Of a stretch of DNA of 64,000 bases, positions 12,040-25,641 are shown piece after piece. A program made the translations under genes and the position numbers. Numbering within the stretch: the first letter of the stretch is position 1; each line of letters opens with the position of its first letter. The notes below the pieces were generated by a model. It worked only from the letters and a program-made list of their open reading frames with translations. It searched no databases and was not told where the DNA came from. Source of the stretch: Mytilus edulis (Eukaryota); the NCBI RefSeq assembly GCF_963676685.1, contig NC_092357.1, forward strand, positions 13,764,001 to 13,828,000, written 5' to 3'.

Positions 12040-14576
12040 ATGGGTATGTACAAAACTGTTCATTGACTTAATCTTTAACAAGTAATATGTTAGCCGGAAA
12101 TGCCAATTAAATATACGAAATATAACACACACACTTTTATCTCTAATATCAGTCATTGAAAAAAATGTAAAAATGCTCGTAATCTTCATTTTTTTGCATA
12201 CGGTTTCAAGCCGTATAATTTTAACTCTACATTGTTTCTTTCCAGTTTTTACTTATGTTTCAGTGTTACTGGTATCTGGTTTACTAAGCTTGCTTGTTCT
12301 CAATATGATTGATCTTTCCGAGGCTTCCATCAAGAAGGGTGTAGGAATAATGTTCAGCAAACAATACCGGTGTACAGACGAATTTACCTTTAATAACGTT
12401 CACTGGTGGTAAGCTAACAAGTAATTGAACAGTGTCACTTGATCACATAGAGGCCAATGATTATGATTGATCTTTCTGAGGCTTCCATCAAGAAGGGTGT
12501 AGGAATAATGTTCAGCAAACAATACTGGTGTACAGACGAATCTACCTTTAATAACGTTCACTGGTGGTAAGCTAACAAGTAATTGAACAGTGTCACTTGA
12601 TCACATAGAGGCCAATGAAATCTTATTTTTCTTCTCAGACGACACCTTATTTGTTTACCTGTGCGACATGTACATCACAAGTTATTTCCTTTTTTACAGA
12701 TTTTGACATACTTAACTTTACTACGAAATTGGATGATAATGTCACGTGGTGCTATCATGCTGCTCATATTCAGGTTAAAGGACGGTGTATGTTATATCTT
12801 TAAAAATAATATATAACGCTTTGGTTTCCTCTGATAAAAAAAATTTAAAATAAAGTCTTTGAATATGATTCGTTTCAGTAATTTTTCCAATCTTGAATTA
12901 TAAAACACTTTGTTCACAATAGATCTCTTGGGAATGCTGATTTTTTTTATTCTTATACTAGTCTTGTTACTTGTACAAACATGCTATTCATTATTATGAC
13001 ATTTCTAGAATACCAATGATTTTGTAATGTGATTTGCACGATATTTTTTAAAATAACTTGTTACAGTTTCCGTTAATTTTTCTTATCCTAAAAAAATATT
13101 CATTTTATGTTCGTTTTATTTTTGCGGTGTTCTGTGATATTAGGGAAAATTTGTAAAACACGTAATATATATTGATAATATCGATTCATCTGGGATGATC
13201 TTTGCGATATCATTTCTTGAACAAGGACAAAGATAGTGGGTTCTCAAATCTAAACATGCTAAATATTGGCATTTTTTTTTAAATTTTCTACTTTGAACTC
13301 CTTGTTCACTCTTTTTAATTTGCATTGGTGTCCCATTATACTCATCTTTTGTTTTGCGCAAGTTACCGCCCTATTATGTTCCACTCTTAATTTTCCAAAG
13401 GATTCGTATGTATTTTTCATTTTTGGCATAGTTTTCTTTATCTTGTGTATCTCATCAAGACTAAAAAAACTGATTTTTCCTAACCTGTCAATTAATATCT
13501 TACAACAATGTAGTTAGATGATAGAGTACAATTGCCAATGAAACATTTTATACAACCATACCTAATGAAATAAAAATAGGCATCTCGAGTTCATCTTATC
13601 ACTTTTAACAATGATCAAAACAAACACCACACTGTAAGCTATAAACGTTGGCTATTTCAGGTATTGAGAAATAGAGAATCACTGGAATAACTTAAAGAAG
13701 ACAAAGACCTACATATGTAACCATAGGCATTTTAACAATGAGTAAAATCTCATAATATAATGTCTATAACCTGCATTGATTTGACAAAATGAATAACAAT
13801 TTATATATAAAAGCTAAATACCTGAAGTATGTATAAAACAATAAACAAAAAAACGAAAAACAGATATAATAAAAGCGTGGTTTAAGATATGTACACATAG
13901 TGTTCTCTATGTTTAAATTTTCCCTTTTGTTATTGCTTTAAGGTATGACTGGCATCAAACACCCAATTTGATGCACGGATATAATCACTGTCCGACAACC
14001 GTTAGATCAGGATATGTACCGATGGTCAACGGCAAACAGTTTGAAAGAGGAATCAATATTTCTGTCAACTCGCAATTTCTTCTTGGGTTTAATGAACCCG
14101 ATCACAAAGTACAGGCAAATCTTACCGCAGCTCAAGCTTCCGTTATGTGGAAAGAAGTAGAAAAACATGCTGCAGGAAAGACATTGGTAAGTCCGGCAGT
14201 TACAGATATCAACTGGTTGCAACAATTTTTTCAGCATTGTAACAATTGCAGAGTGGACCATGTGGCAGTACATATCTATAAATGCAATGCACACCAAATC
14301 ATGGCATACCTTAAGCAAACATGGGATAGATTCCACAAACCAATATGGCTGACTGAATTTGCCTGCCCTCATACTACATCAGCTAATGAACAGCTTCGAT
14401 TGATGAGAAAGCTACTTCCGCTATTGGAGTCTGCACCGTATGTGTTTCGATACGCATGGTTTACTAGTAGATGGGTCTTCCATAGTCATACATTTGTAGA
14501 TGGTTCAACAAGTTTGATGAAAGAAAACTCAGCAGAATTGTCAACACTTGGACATTATTATAATAACTTTATGTAA
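12040..14576 (+). CDS. Secreted GH128-family (Asl1-like) putative beta-1,3-glucanase, copy 1, 260 aa; exons 12040-12043, 12264-12408, 13943-14576
   Basis: GT-AG introns (phase 1 and phase 2) give MVLLVSGLLSLLVLNMIDLSEASIKKGVG...HWWYDW...GFNEPD...DHVAVH...KPIWLTEF...RYAWF; hydrophobic N-terminus; both catalytic Glu present; AATAAA at 14586. Confidence 0.9.
12304..12618 (+). repeat. Tandem duplication (2 x ~158 bp) of the 3' part of exon 2 plus the intron-2 donor of copy 1
   Basis: 12304-12460 is repeated at 12462-12618 with a few substitutions, including a second TGGTG|GTAAG donor. Confidence 0.92.
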
Positions 14577-14949
14577 CTAAATGGTAATAAATGCCGAAAA
14601 ACTAAACAATTGGTCAAAATTGAAATTGTGTTGTTCATTTAAATATGCATAGAGGACATCTTTATCAAATGTTACTTTTTTGTGCGTGTGATTCCCAGAG
14701 TGTTAGTTTCTAGTTTTTTTTATAATACACTTGTAGTTATATGATTTACTTACAAACACAGTGTTGTATGGTGCTTTGTTTGCAAAAATAACACCATATG
14801 TGTCGTAATTATATCTCAGACATTTCAGAGTCCCTTTTGAACATTACCTCAGTTTAAAAATACAGAAAAACCCAGCAACTTTTTATAAAATCCCCGTCGC
14901 ATGTTTGAGCCCGTAACAAAACTGCACTCACACCGCATCTATCTTTATC

Positions 14950-15240
14950 TATGTACATCTGTAAAGCTGTATATCAACTTTACATCTCTAAAAATGTATA
15001 CAAACTGTAGATAAATATCATATCACACAAGATGCAATGGTAGAAGCTATATGTTAACCCTATACCCAGATTTAAATTGTACAGCTGTAAGGCTGTATAT
15101 AAACTGTACACCAGTAAAGCTGTATATAAACTGTTCATCTGTAAAACTGTATATAAACTGTACATTTTTAAAGCTGTATATAAACTGCAACTCTGTAAAA
15201 ATTTACATGTACAGCACATTTTCAAACTGTGTATAAACCG
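14950..15240. repeat. ~27-bp tandem repeat (CTGTAAAGCTGTATATAAACTGTACAT)n
   Basis: Period of 27 visible at 15092 and 15119 onward; explains spurious ORFs 14980-15286. Confidence 0.85.
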
Positions 15241-15323
15241 GATAAATTTGATAACTATTAACACCACTGGTCGATGCCACTGCTAGTGGAAGTTTGGTTC
15301 ACGAGAGAACCAATAGCCCAGTA

Positions 15324-15811
15324 CAGCCGTTGGATGGTGTAAACGTCCCAAAAAACCGTGCATGGTGTAATAGTGTATGGCATATGGTGCAATGGTGTAA
15401 GGAGTATGGTGCAATGGTGTAAGGAGTATGGTGCTATGGTGTATGGTGTAAGGGGAATGGTGTAATGGTGTATGAGGAATGGTGTGATTGTATAACGTGC
15501 GATCGGGAATGGTGTGAATGAACGGTGTACAACATTTCATTGGTTGAAAACAAAGTTCTTTTTATTTAATATTTCGGATAGTAAACATAAATAATAATAA
15601 TAATCTTAATATTTGAAATTTAATTGCGTTATGGGTAATTTCGGATCGTGTATATAGAATGGTGAATGGTGTATGGTGTAATGTGTAACGTGTATGGTGC
15701 AAAAGTGTAACGTGTATGGTGTAATGGTACAGGGTGTATGGTGTAATGGTGTATGGTGTATGGTGTAATGGTGTATGGTGTTAGTGGGAAGTTTACACCA
15801 TCCAAGGACTG
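15324..15811. mobile_element. Tc1/mariner-type MITE with internal (ATGGTGT)n-like repeats
   Basis: TA|CAGCCGTTGGATGGTGTAAACGTCCCA ... TGGGAAGTTTACACCATCCAAGGACTG|TA; splits another dispersed repeat (...AGCCCAG|TA|ATCAGCACTTT...), which is seen uninterrupted in reverse orientation near 35050 and 42700. Confidence 0.8.
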
Positions 15812-17711
15812 TAATCAGCACTTTGCTGTTGACATGAATATCAATTATATGGTTATATCTATATTGCTTTCATAGCATAGACCGTTTCCAATTAAAAAAA
15901 AACACAGAATTAGTTACTTACGTGGAAACTACTTTAACGCCAGAAAGACTTAACTCCACTCATCACCTTTCGAACTTTACTGAAAATCAATTGATTGCAA
16001 CTGCTGACATGGATCAGTTACGACGCAGCATCTAAAAGTAACCTCAATTTGAACTACTACGAATATAAGTAAGGTCTAGAAGTGTTGATTCATTTCATGA
16101 TATTTTCGTTGACAAATATAGGCAACTATAAAATAGAATTTGTTACGACTGTGCTGACTACTCTATTTCGATATTAAACCGTGTCTGATAATATACAACA
16201 CATTCGAGTACATCCCAATCTTACAATATATGCAAACGATAACAAGTATTTATATTTTTGTTTTATTGGTTTCGGGAAATAATTCAGTTCAATTCAGTCT
16301 GTTGAAATAGCGAACATGTTAGATTCGTGTTCTTACATACAGAGAAATACGCCGTATCCGCACATCCAATACTTTTGGCTATTATTAGGTATTAGCTTTT
16401 AAACACAGGAAATTTGTAAACTCATAAAACCAATATTTGTTTAAAAAGATCATATGCTCAGTTAATTTAATAAAATTGTCATTAGGTATCTTTTTTTCCT
16501 AGAGATTATTGGCTTTGTGTGTGTAAGTTAATAAAACATATGGAATACCGAAAAAAGGCGATTTAATCATTTCAGAATGACTAAGAATGCAAATCAAGTC
16601 ATCAGAAGAAATGAAAAATCAATTTTGACCTAAAAACATGGTATATTAATTTTTTTATGGTTTACAACTATGTTACATTATGGATATGAAGAAATCAGGC
16701 AATGCGTATTATCACCGAAATATTCATTCGATAAATCTAATGTGTAAAATTAAAGTGTGTATCAAGGTGGTGCTACCTTCTCTCCAATGAAGACAATAAG
16801 TCGACAACGAGGAATACAAAAACATATAATAAAGTAGGTACGTTGATTTAACTTTATTCAAAATGTCAGGATTATTATTTGTTATATTTATGCAATTGTC
16901 ATACAAGAGAGAGGTTCGGCTAGCTATACAACTAGATTTAATTCACCATTTTCTACATAAGACAGTACTATGACAGTTGTTGTGCACTTGTTTGATGTTT
17001 TTGAGCTTTTTATTTTGTCATTTGCTTAGAGAGTTTCCGCTTTACCTATAAATTATTTGTGATACAAAGCTACTAACTATGTATCGCTTTTTATAATACA
17101 ACTGGGCATTTTCTTAATATTCCATTACAAACTGTTAGTAACAGTTGCAATATTAAAAAAGGAAAAATACGGAAAAAAACAGAAAAAAAAAATACAAAAC
17201 AGGAATGTAAAAATCAAACGGCTAATCACATCAAACTAATTGAAAACAACTGTCCTATTTTCCTAACTTGGAACTGGCATTTTCCGATGTAGAAAACGGT
17301 GGGTTCATCATTGTTTAGCTTGATTAACCTCTCACTTATATGACAGTCACATACAATTAAATTATACTGACAATAATGTTTGAACAAAACAAACGGACAC
17401 ACATCATTAGTAATTTTTTTATGTATAGCATGTATTATTTGTGAAATTGATTTATAAGATTTTTCATAAAGGATTTGAATCCACCGCTGAACATTTTTAG
17501 AAAAGTAACAAGAAGTTCTTCGACATAACCCTGGGTCATCAAAAAACTGCTCTATGAAAAAAGAGCTGCAAGTTATTGAATATTGAATACATTGGAAATG
17601 TATACCCCAAACGCAGGAAAAATTGCTGTATTGCTACAAAGATATTTTGTGAAAACATTGATATAATTAAAATGTCAAACTATAAAAAGAAAAGCAAAGA
17701 AGCCATATAAA

Positions 17712-17873
17712 ATAGAAGATGTGGTATGATTGCCAATGAGACAACTATTCATAAAAGACCAAAATGACACAGACATTAACAACTATAGGTCACCGTACGG
17801 CCTTCAACAATGAGCAAAGCCCATACCGCATTGTCAGCTATAAAAGGCCCCGTTAAGACAATGTAAAACAATG
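17712..17873 (+). mobile_element. Short dispersed repeat (AGAAGATGTGGTATGATTGCCAATGAGACAACT family)
   Basis: Related copies at ~35420-35605 (-), 47881-47996, 56660-56710, 59180-59330 (-) and 60440-60500; class not determinable by eye. Confidence 0.65.
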
Positions 17874-18160
17874 TCTGTTGTTTCAAAATATTTAGTTCTG
17901 GAAGATATATAAATGAAAACCAACCAGAAAAGTTCCGATTGTTAATGGAAGGATAAATATAATTATTACTATATCTCGATGTGAAATTAAAAGATCTGGT
18001 TGATCAACTATTCATCGTCTTAAAATTATGTTTGATCTGTACATGGTTCAACATAACTTATTTGATCGAAACAGCCTCCCACTCTACAATTTTAGATGAA
18101 GATATTGAAAAATGAAATTTCAATATATAAACATTTGATGTTTATTCAAAATAGATATAA

Positions 18161-19578
18161 TTGATACATATTCCTGTATATGTATGTCTATACTTAGCAT
18201 ATATTTGATACATATTCCTGTATATGTATGTCTATACTATGCATATATTTGATACATATTCCTGTATATGTATGTCTATACTAAGCATATATTTGATACA
18301 TATTCCTGTATATGTATGTCTATACTAAGCATATATTTGATACATATTCCTGTATATGTATGTCTATACTTAGCATATATTTGATACATTTTTCTGTATA
18401 TGTATGTCTATACTTAGCATATATTTGATACATATTCCTGTATATGTATGTCTATACTTAGCATATATTTGATACATTTTTCTGTATATGTATGTCTATA
18501 CTTAGCATATATTTGATACATATTCCTGTATATGTATGTCTATACTAAGCATATATTTGATACATATTCCTGTATATGTATGTCTATACTTAGCATATAT
18601 TTGATACATATTCCTGTATATGTATGTCTATACTTAGCATATATTTGATACATTTTTCTGTATATGTATGTCTATACTTAGCATATATTTGATACATATT
18701 CCTGTATATGTATGTCTATACTTAGCATATATTTGATACATTTTTCTGTATATGTATGTCTATACTTAGCATATATTTGATACATTTTTCTGTATATGTA
18801 TGTCTATACTTAGCATATATTTGATACATATTCCTGTATATGTATGTCTATACTTAGCATATATTTGATACATATTCCTGTATATGTATGTCTATACTTA
18901 GCATATATTTGATACATATTTCTGTATATATATGTCTATACTATGCATATATTTGATGCATTTTTCTGTATATGTATGTCTATACTTAGCATATATTTGA
19001 TACATTTTTCTGTATATGTATGTCTATACTTAGCATATATTTGATACATTTTTCTGTATATGTATGTCTATACTTAGCATATATTTGATACATATTCCTG
19101 TATATGTATGTCTATACTTAGCATATATTTGATACATATTCCTGTATATGTATGTCTATACTTAGCATATATTTGATACATTTTTCTGTATATGTATGTC
19201 TATACTTAGCATATATTTGATACATTTTTCTGTATATGTATGTCTATACTTAGCATATATTTGATACATATTCCTGTATATGTATGTCTATACTTAGCAT
19301 ATATTTGATACATATTCCTGTATATGTATGTCTATACTTAGCATATATTTGATACATATTCCTGTATATGTATGTCTATACTTAGCATATATTTGATACA
19401 TATTTCTGTATATATATGTCTATACTATGCATATATTTGATGCATTTTTCTGTATATGTATGTCTATACTTAGCATATATTTGATACATTTTTCTGTATA
19501 TGTATGTCTATACTATGCATATATTTGATACATATTTCTGTATACGAATGTCTATACTAAGCATATATTTGATACATA
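18161..19578. repeat. Minisatellite, 32 x 44 bp (TTGATACATATTCCTGTATATGTATGTCTATACTTAGCATATAT)
   Basis: Exact 44-bp period from 18161 to 19569; two main variants (ATATTCCTG / ATTTTTCTG); no unique spacers. Confidence 0.97.
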
Positions 19579-20135
19579 AGGATCATGAGGATTATTATCA
19601 ATTTTGTTTTCTAAATGAAGTGCACTCTGTTGATTTTATAATTAGGAATACAATATATGTGTATGTCTCGCTTTGTATTTGTTTCTAAGCCACACATTAA
19701 TTCAATATTTCAATTAAATATACGGTTGTTTAAGATGGATGTTGCACAAGAAACAAGTGTGATTAGAATAAGTATTTCTATTTTTCAAACTTAGATTTTC
19801 ATATGTTTTGGTCGGTGCATTTTTAGAAGATTTCCGTCTGTTTAAAATAAAATCGTATGTAGTCGTATACTATAGGTTCCGACATGTACCGAAAAGTAGA
19901 ATAGTAAATGCCAAACTTAAATTCATACTTTGATAAGATTCAGCAAATTTAAAGTTGACATCGTGCAGGAATGATACCGTTTCAAGGTCATACTTCTCAG
20001 CCAATCACAAACAAGATATTTAACAGTTATACTATAATGATCTAGACTACAGTCTGATCAGTACATTCAAGTATATTGGTATTATCTTGTTATATTATCT
20101 TACTGCTATTTTGATTGTGTGTTTGTGTTTCCATA

Positions 20136-23100
20136 ATGGGTATGTACAACACTTTTGTTTTCTTTGTTTCAGAAATTGATTTATTAGATTAGATTGCCAA
20201 TTCAATGAAATACAAAGTTCATTAACATTAATTTTTTTATTCAAAAAAAAGAGTAGAAAATGTGTTTTTCGTAGATATTTGATTTTCACGATTTTGCAAT
20301 AGGTTTGATACAGGCAAAAAGGAAATATTTAATTGGTTGAACGATTGTTGTAATTCCTGGTTGACATGAAACAGTAATGAATCAACAGTGTACGAAGTAT
20401 AAATAGTTCTTAAATGACAATTGATTTTTTTTATTTAGTAAGGAGGTTATTTTATGTCAGCTTCAAACTTTTAAAACTTAGTTTTTGGTGGGGTTCGTAT
20501 TGCTTATTCTTTAGTTTTCTATGTTGTGTCATGTGCACTACACTTTCTCTATTTGTCTTTTCATTTTTTAGCCATAGCGTTGTCAGTTTATTTTCAATTT
20601 ATGAGTTTGACTGTCCCTCTGATATCTTTCGTCCCTCTTTTAGTGGACTGTAAAAATGAATCAACAGTGCTCGAAGTATAAAAGGTTCTTAAATGAAAAT
20701 TTTATTTGTTGCGTTTAAACCACGTTGTAACCTTCTTAACCGTCATAAGATTATTATAACGAGCACAAGTCACAATAAGGATTTTTTATTAACAAAGGAG
20801 GTTATTTTATTTCTTGCATTTAAACCACATTGTAACCGTCTTTACATTCATAAGAATATTATAACGAGCACAAGTCACAATTTGTAAAAGTAAACCAAAA
20901 TACGGTTTCCATCACACGCCCTTGGCTCACAACAAACAGCAAGTTACAAAGTGCCCCAAACATGACTAGATTAAAACAATTAAAACAGAAAAAACACTGT
21001 CTAATCTTTATAAAAAACGACAAAGACTTATGAATCACATCAACAAACAAACAACAACCACTAAACATCAGGTTCCTGACTTAGTACAGATGTTCAGGTG
21101 CAAACACATGAAGAATGTCAAATATTTTAATACGTCCTTACCTTCACCCTTATCTGAAATAATAGTGTAACATTACAGCATGGAAACCATGCTATAAGAT
21201 ATCAATTGAAATGGATTTACTCAATGAAAAGACAAATTAACACAAATACTGAACGAATACATATGATCTATGACATAATGTAAATACAAAATAAATAGAA
21301 TAAGAGGTAAAACAATAACAGATGGACAATCATAACCTTGGACAGATTGCCGACAAATAAAGTTTAGTTCAGATAGCTTCAAACAATTTGTTTCTAATAT
21401 TTCAGTGTTGGTCGTATCTAGTACTTTATGCCTGATTGCACTCAATATCATCGATCTTACTGATGCATCTAACAAGAAGGGTGTGGGAATAGTGAGAAGC
21501 AAGAATTACCGGTGTTCAGATGAATCCACATTCAACAACGTTCATTGGTGGTAAGTATACACTGGACAGTATTATAAGTTCACATGTTTTATCTAGTCTG
21601 TAGTAGGATTAAGAACCATCACATTCTTTTACCATGTTTAAACTTCAGTACCGACAATCGATACTTAATAATACAGGTAACAAAGATCAAAATCTGCTGA
21701 TCACCATTGTAAATTCTGCTGTACTGCATGGTCAACCAAAACGAAAGACAAAATTCTGCATTAATAACCATAAACACACATAATATCATATCTGACGTAA
21801 TAGTAGGTGGTAATGTTGTTTGTACAGGTAAAAAAAGTGACGACGGAACAGTCAAACTCATCAATCGAAAATAAACTGACAACGCCATGGCTAAAAATGA
21901 AAAGGACTAACAGACAAACAATAGTACACATGACACAACATAGAAAACTAAAGAATAAACAACACGAACCCCACCAAAAACTAGTGTGATCTCAGGTGCT
22001 CCGGAAGGGTAAGCAGCTGATGCTTTACATGTGGCACCCGTCGTGTCGCTTATGAGATAACACATCCGGTAAATAGTCTAATTCGATCGATCACATCTAT
22101 GAAAGAGATCAGAGGATTGTAGGTACGAAGTTAGGCACATATACGATATCATTTGTGAAACGGTTATTCCATAACGGTCAACCAACTCGTGATGGCGTCC
22201 GTAAAATTTACGAAGAGATGATTTCGTCTTCACCATTTGGAACTCTTGATTTAATAGCTTATTTGTAAGAAACAACTCTCCTTCAAGAAAATCATGATAG
22301 AAAATGCAAGCACGGAAATATCGTATCAATTGGGAGATATACACCGTATGCAGGTGCTGCTGGAATGTTGCTACTTAGAAATGGAAAGTTCACAATTGGA
22401 AAGCTGAAATCATCTCTTTTGTCGTAAAGTTTTGTTTTCAATCGACCCTCATTGTCAATTTCTAGATGTAAGTCAACATATGTGTCTGTTGTATCCTTTA
22501 TCTCTAGTCCAATGGGATAGTTGCGTTCGACATAGTCACCAAATTTTGAAATATCTAGTTAAAGAACATCATCTATATAGCGGAAAGTAGAGTTAAAGGA
22601 TATTGCTCACCTCTTATCTTTCTTCCTAAGAAGTTCCTGTATGAAGTCAGCCTTATAATAATAAAGAAACAAGTCGGCAAGAAAAGGGGCACAATTTGTT
22701 CCCATTGGAATGCCGATAGTCTGTTGAAAAACACGTCCTCCGAACGTAACAAATATTTGGTCAATCAAGAAATCAAGCATCTTGATAATGTTAGTTTCAG
22801 AGAATTTTGTGTTTGAATCAGAGTGATCCTTTACAAAGTAGGATGTATCCCTTCCTAAAAGAGGGACGAAAGATACCAAAGGGACAGTAAAACAAGATAC
22901 TACGTAATTATACAGTCTACAACATACAATACAGGTATTGTTTAAAAACATTGTACCATCATAAAGCATGCAGATTAAAACTAATATTAAAATATACCAA
23001 CTTTGACTAGATGGAAGCCAAAGCAAGACGAACATTTTCTGATATAGTCCAATTGGCGACCATTTTTTTATCAGGTCTGCGGTGTGCTGTTATTTTGGAT

Positions 23101-23920
23101 ACTTGATACAAAGTGCAGACAACAGCTAAAGGCCATCAGTTTGTCTCCAAGACAGCGAGAAATTCCCGCAAAAGTTTTTTTCAAGTTTAATATTTGGGTT
23201 CCTAATATCTAAGTTTAGGTTCCTTTATCTTTTTTAGGCTCTTTTATCTATTTTTAGGTTTCTTTATCTATTTGTAGGTACGACTGGCAACAGTCACCCG
23301 ATCGTATGCATCTTCGCCACCACTGTCCGTTAAATGTTAGATCTGGTTATGTACCGATGGTAAACGGCAAAAACTTTGAAAGAGGAATACATGTTTCTAA
23401 CGATTCACATTATCTTCTTGGGTTTAATGAGCCTGATCATCATGAGCAGTCAAATCTAACAGTAGCACAAGCTACCGTCATGTGGAAAGAATTGGAAAAG
23501 CATGCCGCAGGGAAAACATTGGTTAGTCCTGCAGTTACCAATCTCAACTGGTTACAGCAATTTTTACAACATTGTCACAATTGCAGAGTTGACCACGTGG
23601 CAGTACATATTTATAGATGCGATGCGCACCAAATCATGGCATTTCTTAAGCAAGCATGGGATAGATTCCATAAACCAATATGGCTGACCGAATTCTCCTG
23701 TCCACATACTACATCAGAAAATGATCAGCTTCGAATGATGAGAGAGATTCTGCCTCTTTTGGAGTCTGCGCCGTATGTTTTTCGTTACGCATGGTTTGCT
23801 AGTAGATGGTTAAAACATGCAAGTGATGGCGCTTGGGTAGATATATCAGCAACTCTGATTAAGGAAAATACTTCAGAACTTTCAGCACTTGGACATTATT
23901 ATAATAACTTTATGCATTAA
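20136..23920 (+). CDS. GH128-family putative beta-1,3-glucanase, copy 2, 263 aa; exons 20136-20139, 21406-21550, 23278-23920
   Basis: Same exon phases and 145-nt exon 2 (MVLVVSSTLCLIALNIIDLTDASNKKGVG...); NEPD and WLTEF intact; ATTAAA overlaps the stop. Confidence 0.9.
20480..20641 (+). mobile_element. Solo 3' tail of the Penelope-like family in intron 1 of copy 2
   Basis: Matches the tail at 10767-10930; other solo tails at ~8600-8667, 24425-24630 (-), 47785-47862, 54995-55165, 56320-56390 and 61633-61850 (-). Confidence 0.75.
21831..22890 (-). mobile_element. Penelope-like retroelement RT fragment, antisense in intron 2 of copy 2
   Basis: FGGRVFQQTIGIPMGTNCAPFLADLFLY (ORF 22607-23035) and YISQLIRY (22078-22344); frameshifted; preceded by a short extra copy of the family 3' tail at 22857-22890. 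Confidence 0.88.
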
Positions 23921-24677
23921 AAATGTGGTAAAATTGAAATCAATGATTTTTTATCAGCTCTACTTATGTCATAATTTTTTTTTACCTTCTTGATTTTAAA
24001 TACTTTCAAGTTAACGGTTTATTATAGATAATATGTACGGATCTTAAATACATCAGTTGTTAATAACTCGTTTTATTTTTTTGATATACGTATGTAGACG
24101 CAATCGATAACACTTTTGGTCAATGTCAACTTTATAAAAATGTGAACCTATTTTCATTTATTGCAGCAGTTGCGTCATACATTTTTGTCTTACATTAAGT
24201 GTTTTCAAAACTTATAATAAAACATAATATTTCCTTTTAAAAAGTTATTTAATAAAACGCTACCAAGTGAAAATTCAATAAGAATTCAATAGTTTTTCTT
24301 TTTTTGCGACTCCACTAAAACCAGTTTGTTATTTGTCAGCGTTAATTAAAGCTTTTATAAAGACAGTTCACTTAACAAATCTGACGTGGATAATCTAAAA
24401 CACATAAGTAAATATCATTTCAGTAAAAGAGGGGCGAAAATTACAAGTCGGACATTCAAACTCAAATGTCTAAAATAAACAAACGACACCGTGGTTAAAA
24501 GAAAAAGACCTATGGACAAAAAAAAATTGACAAACACAACAGAGAAAAGTAAAGACTGAGCAACACAAACCCCACACAAAACTAAGGGTGATTTCAGGTT
24601 TTCCGGTAGAGTAAGCAATGCCTGCTCCGATATGACGAAACTACAAATATATGAGGCAAGCAATTAGGAATATGGGT

Positions 24678-25641
24678 CTGTTCCGGACCATATGAGTGTT
24701 TGGACCATACGCGTATGGTCATGACCATATGGGTATATAATCATATGGTCCGACCATACGCGTATGGTCCGACCGTACGCGCATGGTCGGGGTAATTAAG
24801 ACTCTGTTACAGTTTACTTTTAATACTTTGAAACTCTTCATATGGTATGACCGTTCATTAAAAAGACGCTATCATAAAGGTAATTTTATAATTATATTAT
24901 AATAAAAAGATTAGCTAAATAAAAATTAGAAGTTCACATAGTTAATTTAACTTACTTGTCAAAACTAAAATAAACACATTTTATACCGATGGTCTTTACC
25001 GATTTGTTTTTACGAGTGAATGGCAATGTGTCGACTTAAAAAAAAAATCTGTCTCAATGAACTGTTACACAAGAAGTCACTGAAAAGTAACATAATTTAT
25101 TTGAGTTGTCTTGTGAGTATGGTGTATTGCAATCATGTTACGATATTTGAGATCTAGAGCTTCTTAAAACACCGTTACGGTAGATATATCGGAATGGTAC
25201 AAGTTATCGGTATCACTGTACGCAGCTACAAAAAGGCTAGCTTTTCACTCGCAAAAGGTGTAAATGAAAAGGATCGTACGCGTGTACACACAAGACTTGC
25301 AAATGAACAAAAAAACTATGATACCATGTGGAAGTAAATCTCACCCCAAGCCTACATGTAAGAATATAATTAGCGATGAATACTAACTATGTCATCAATA
25401 ATTAATGTTTACGTAGTACTGATATTTGAATTATAAACATAATGCATTGTCATGTAACCATCATTGTTTTTTTAGTTTTTGTATTATTGAAACTTTTATT
25501 CTAGTAATGTAATTTAAAAGAAAATATACCTATATGGTCCAAATACTCATATGGCCCGACCCTTTTATAACCAAACGAGTATCATACTCATATGGCCCGA
25601 CCATACGCGTATGGTCCAAATACACATATGGTCCGGAACAG
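24678..25641. mobile_element. Non-autonomous TIR element with palindromic CCATACGCGTATGG subterminal repeats
   Basis: CTGTTCCGGACCATATG ... CATATGGTCCGGAACAG; possible 2-bp TSD GT. Confidence 0.75.

Noticed and set aside
14007-14372. Antisense ORFs over GH128 exon 3 (also 41752-41940)
   Set aside because: Shadow frames of the coding strand, not conserved among paralogues.
18161-19578. CRISPR-like array
   Set aside because: Contiguous 44-bp units with no unique spacers, no cas genes, eukaryotic context.
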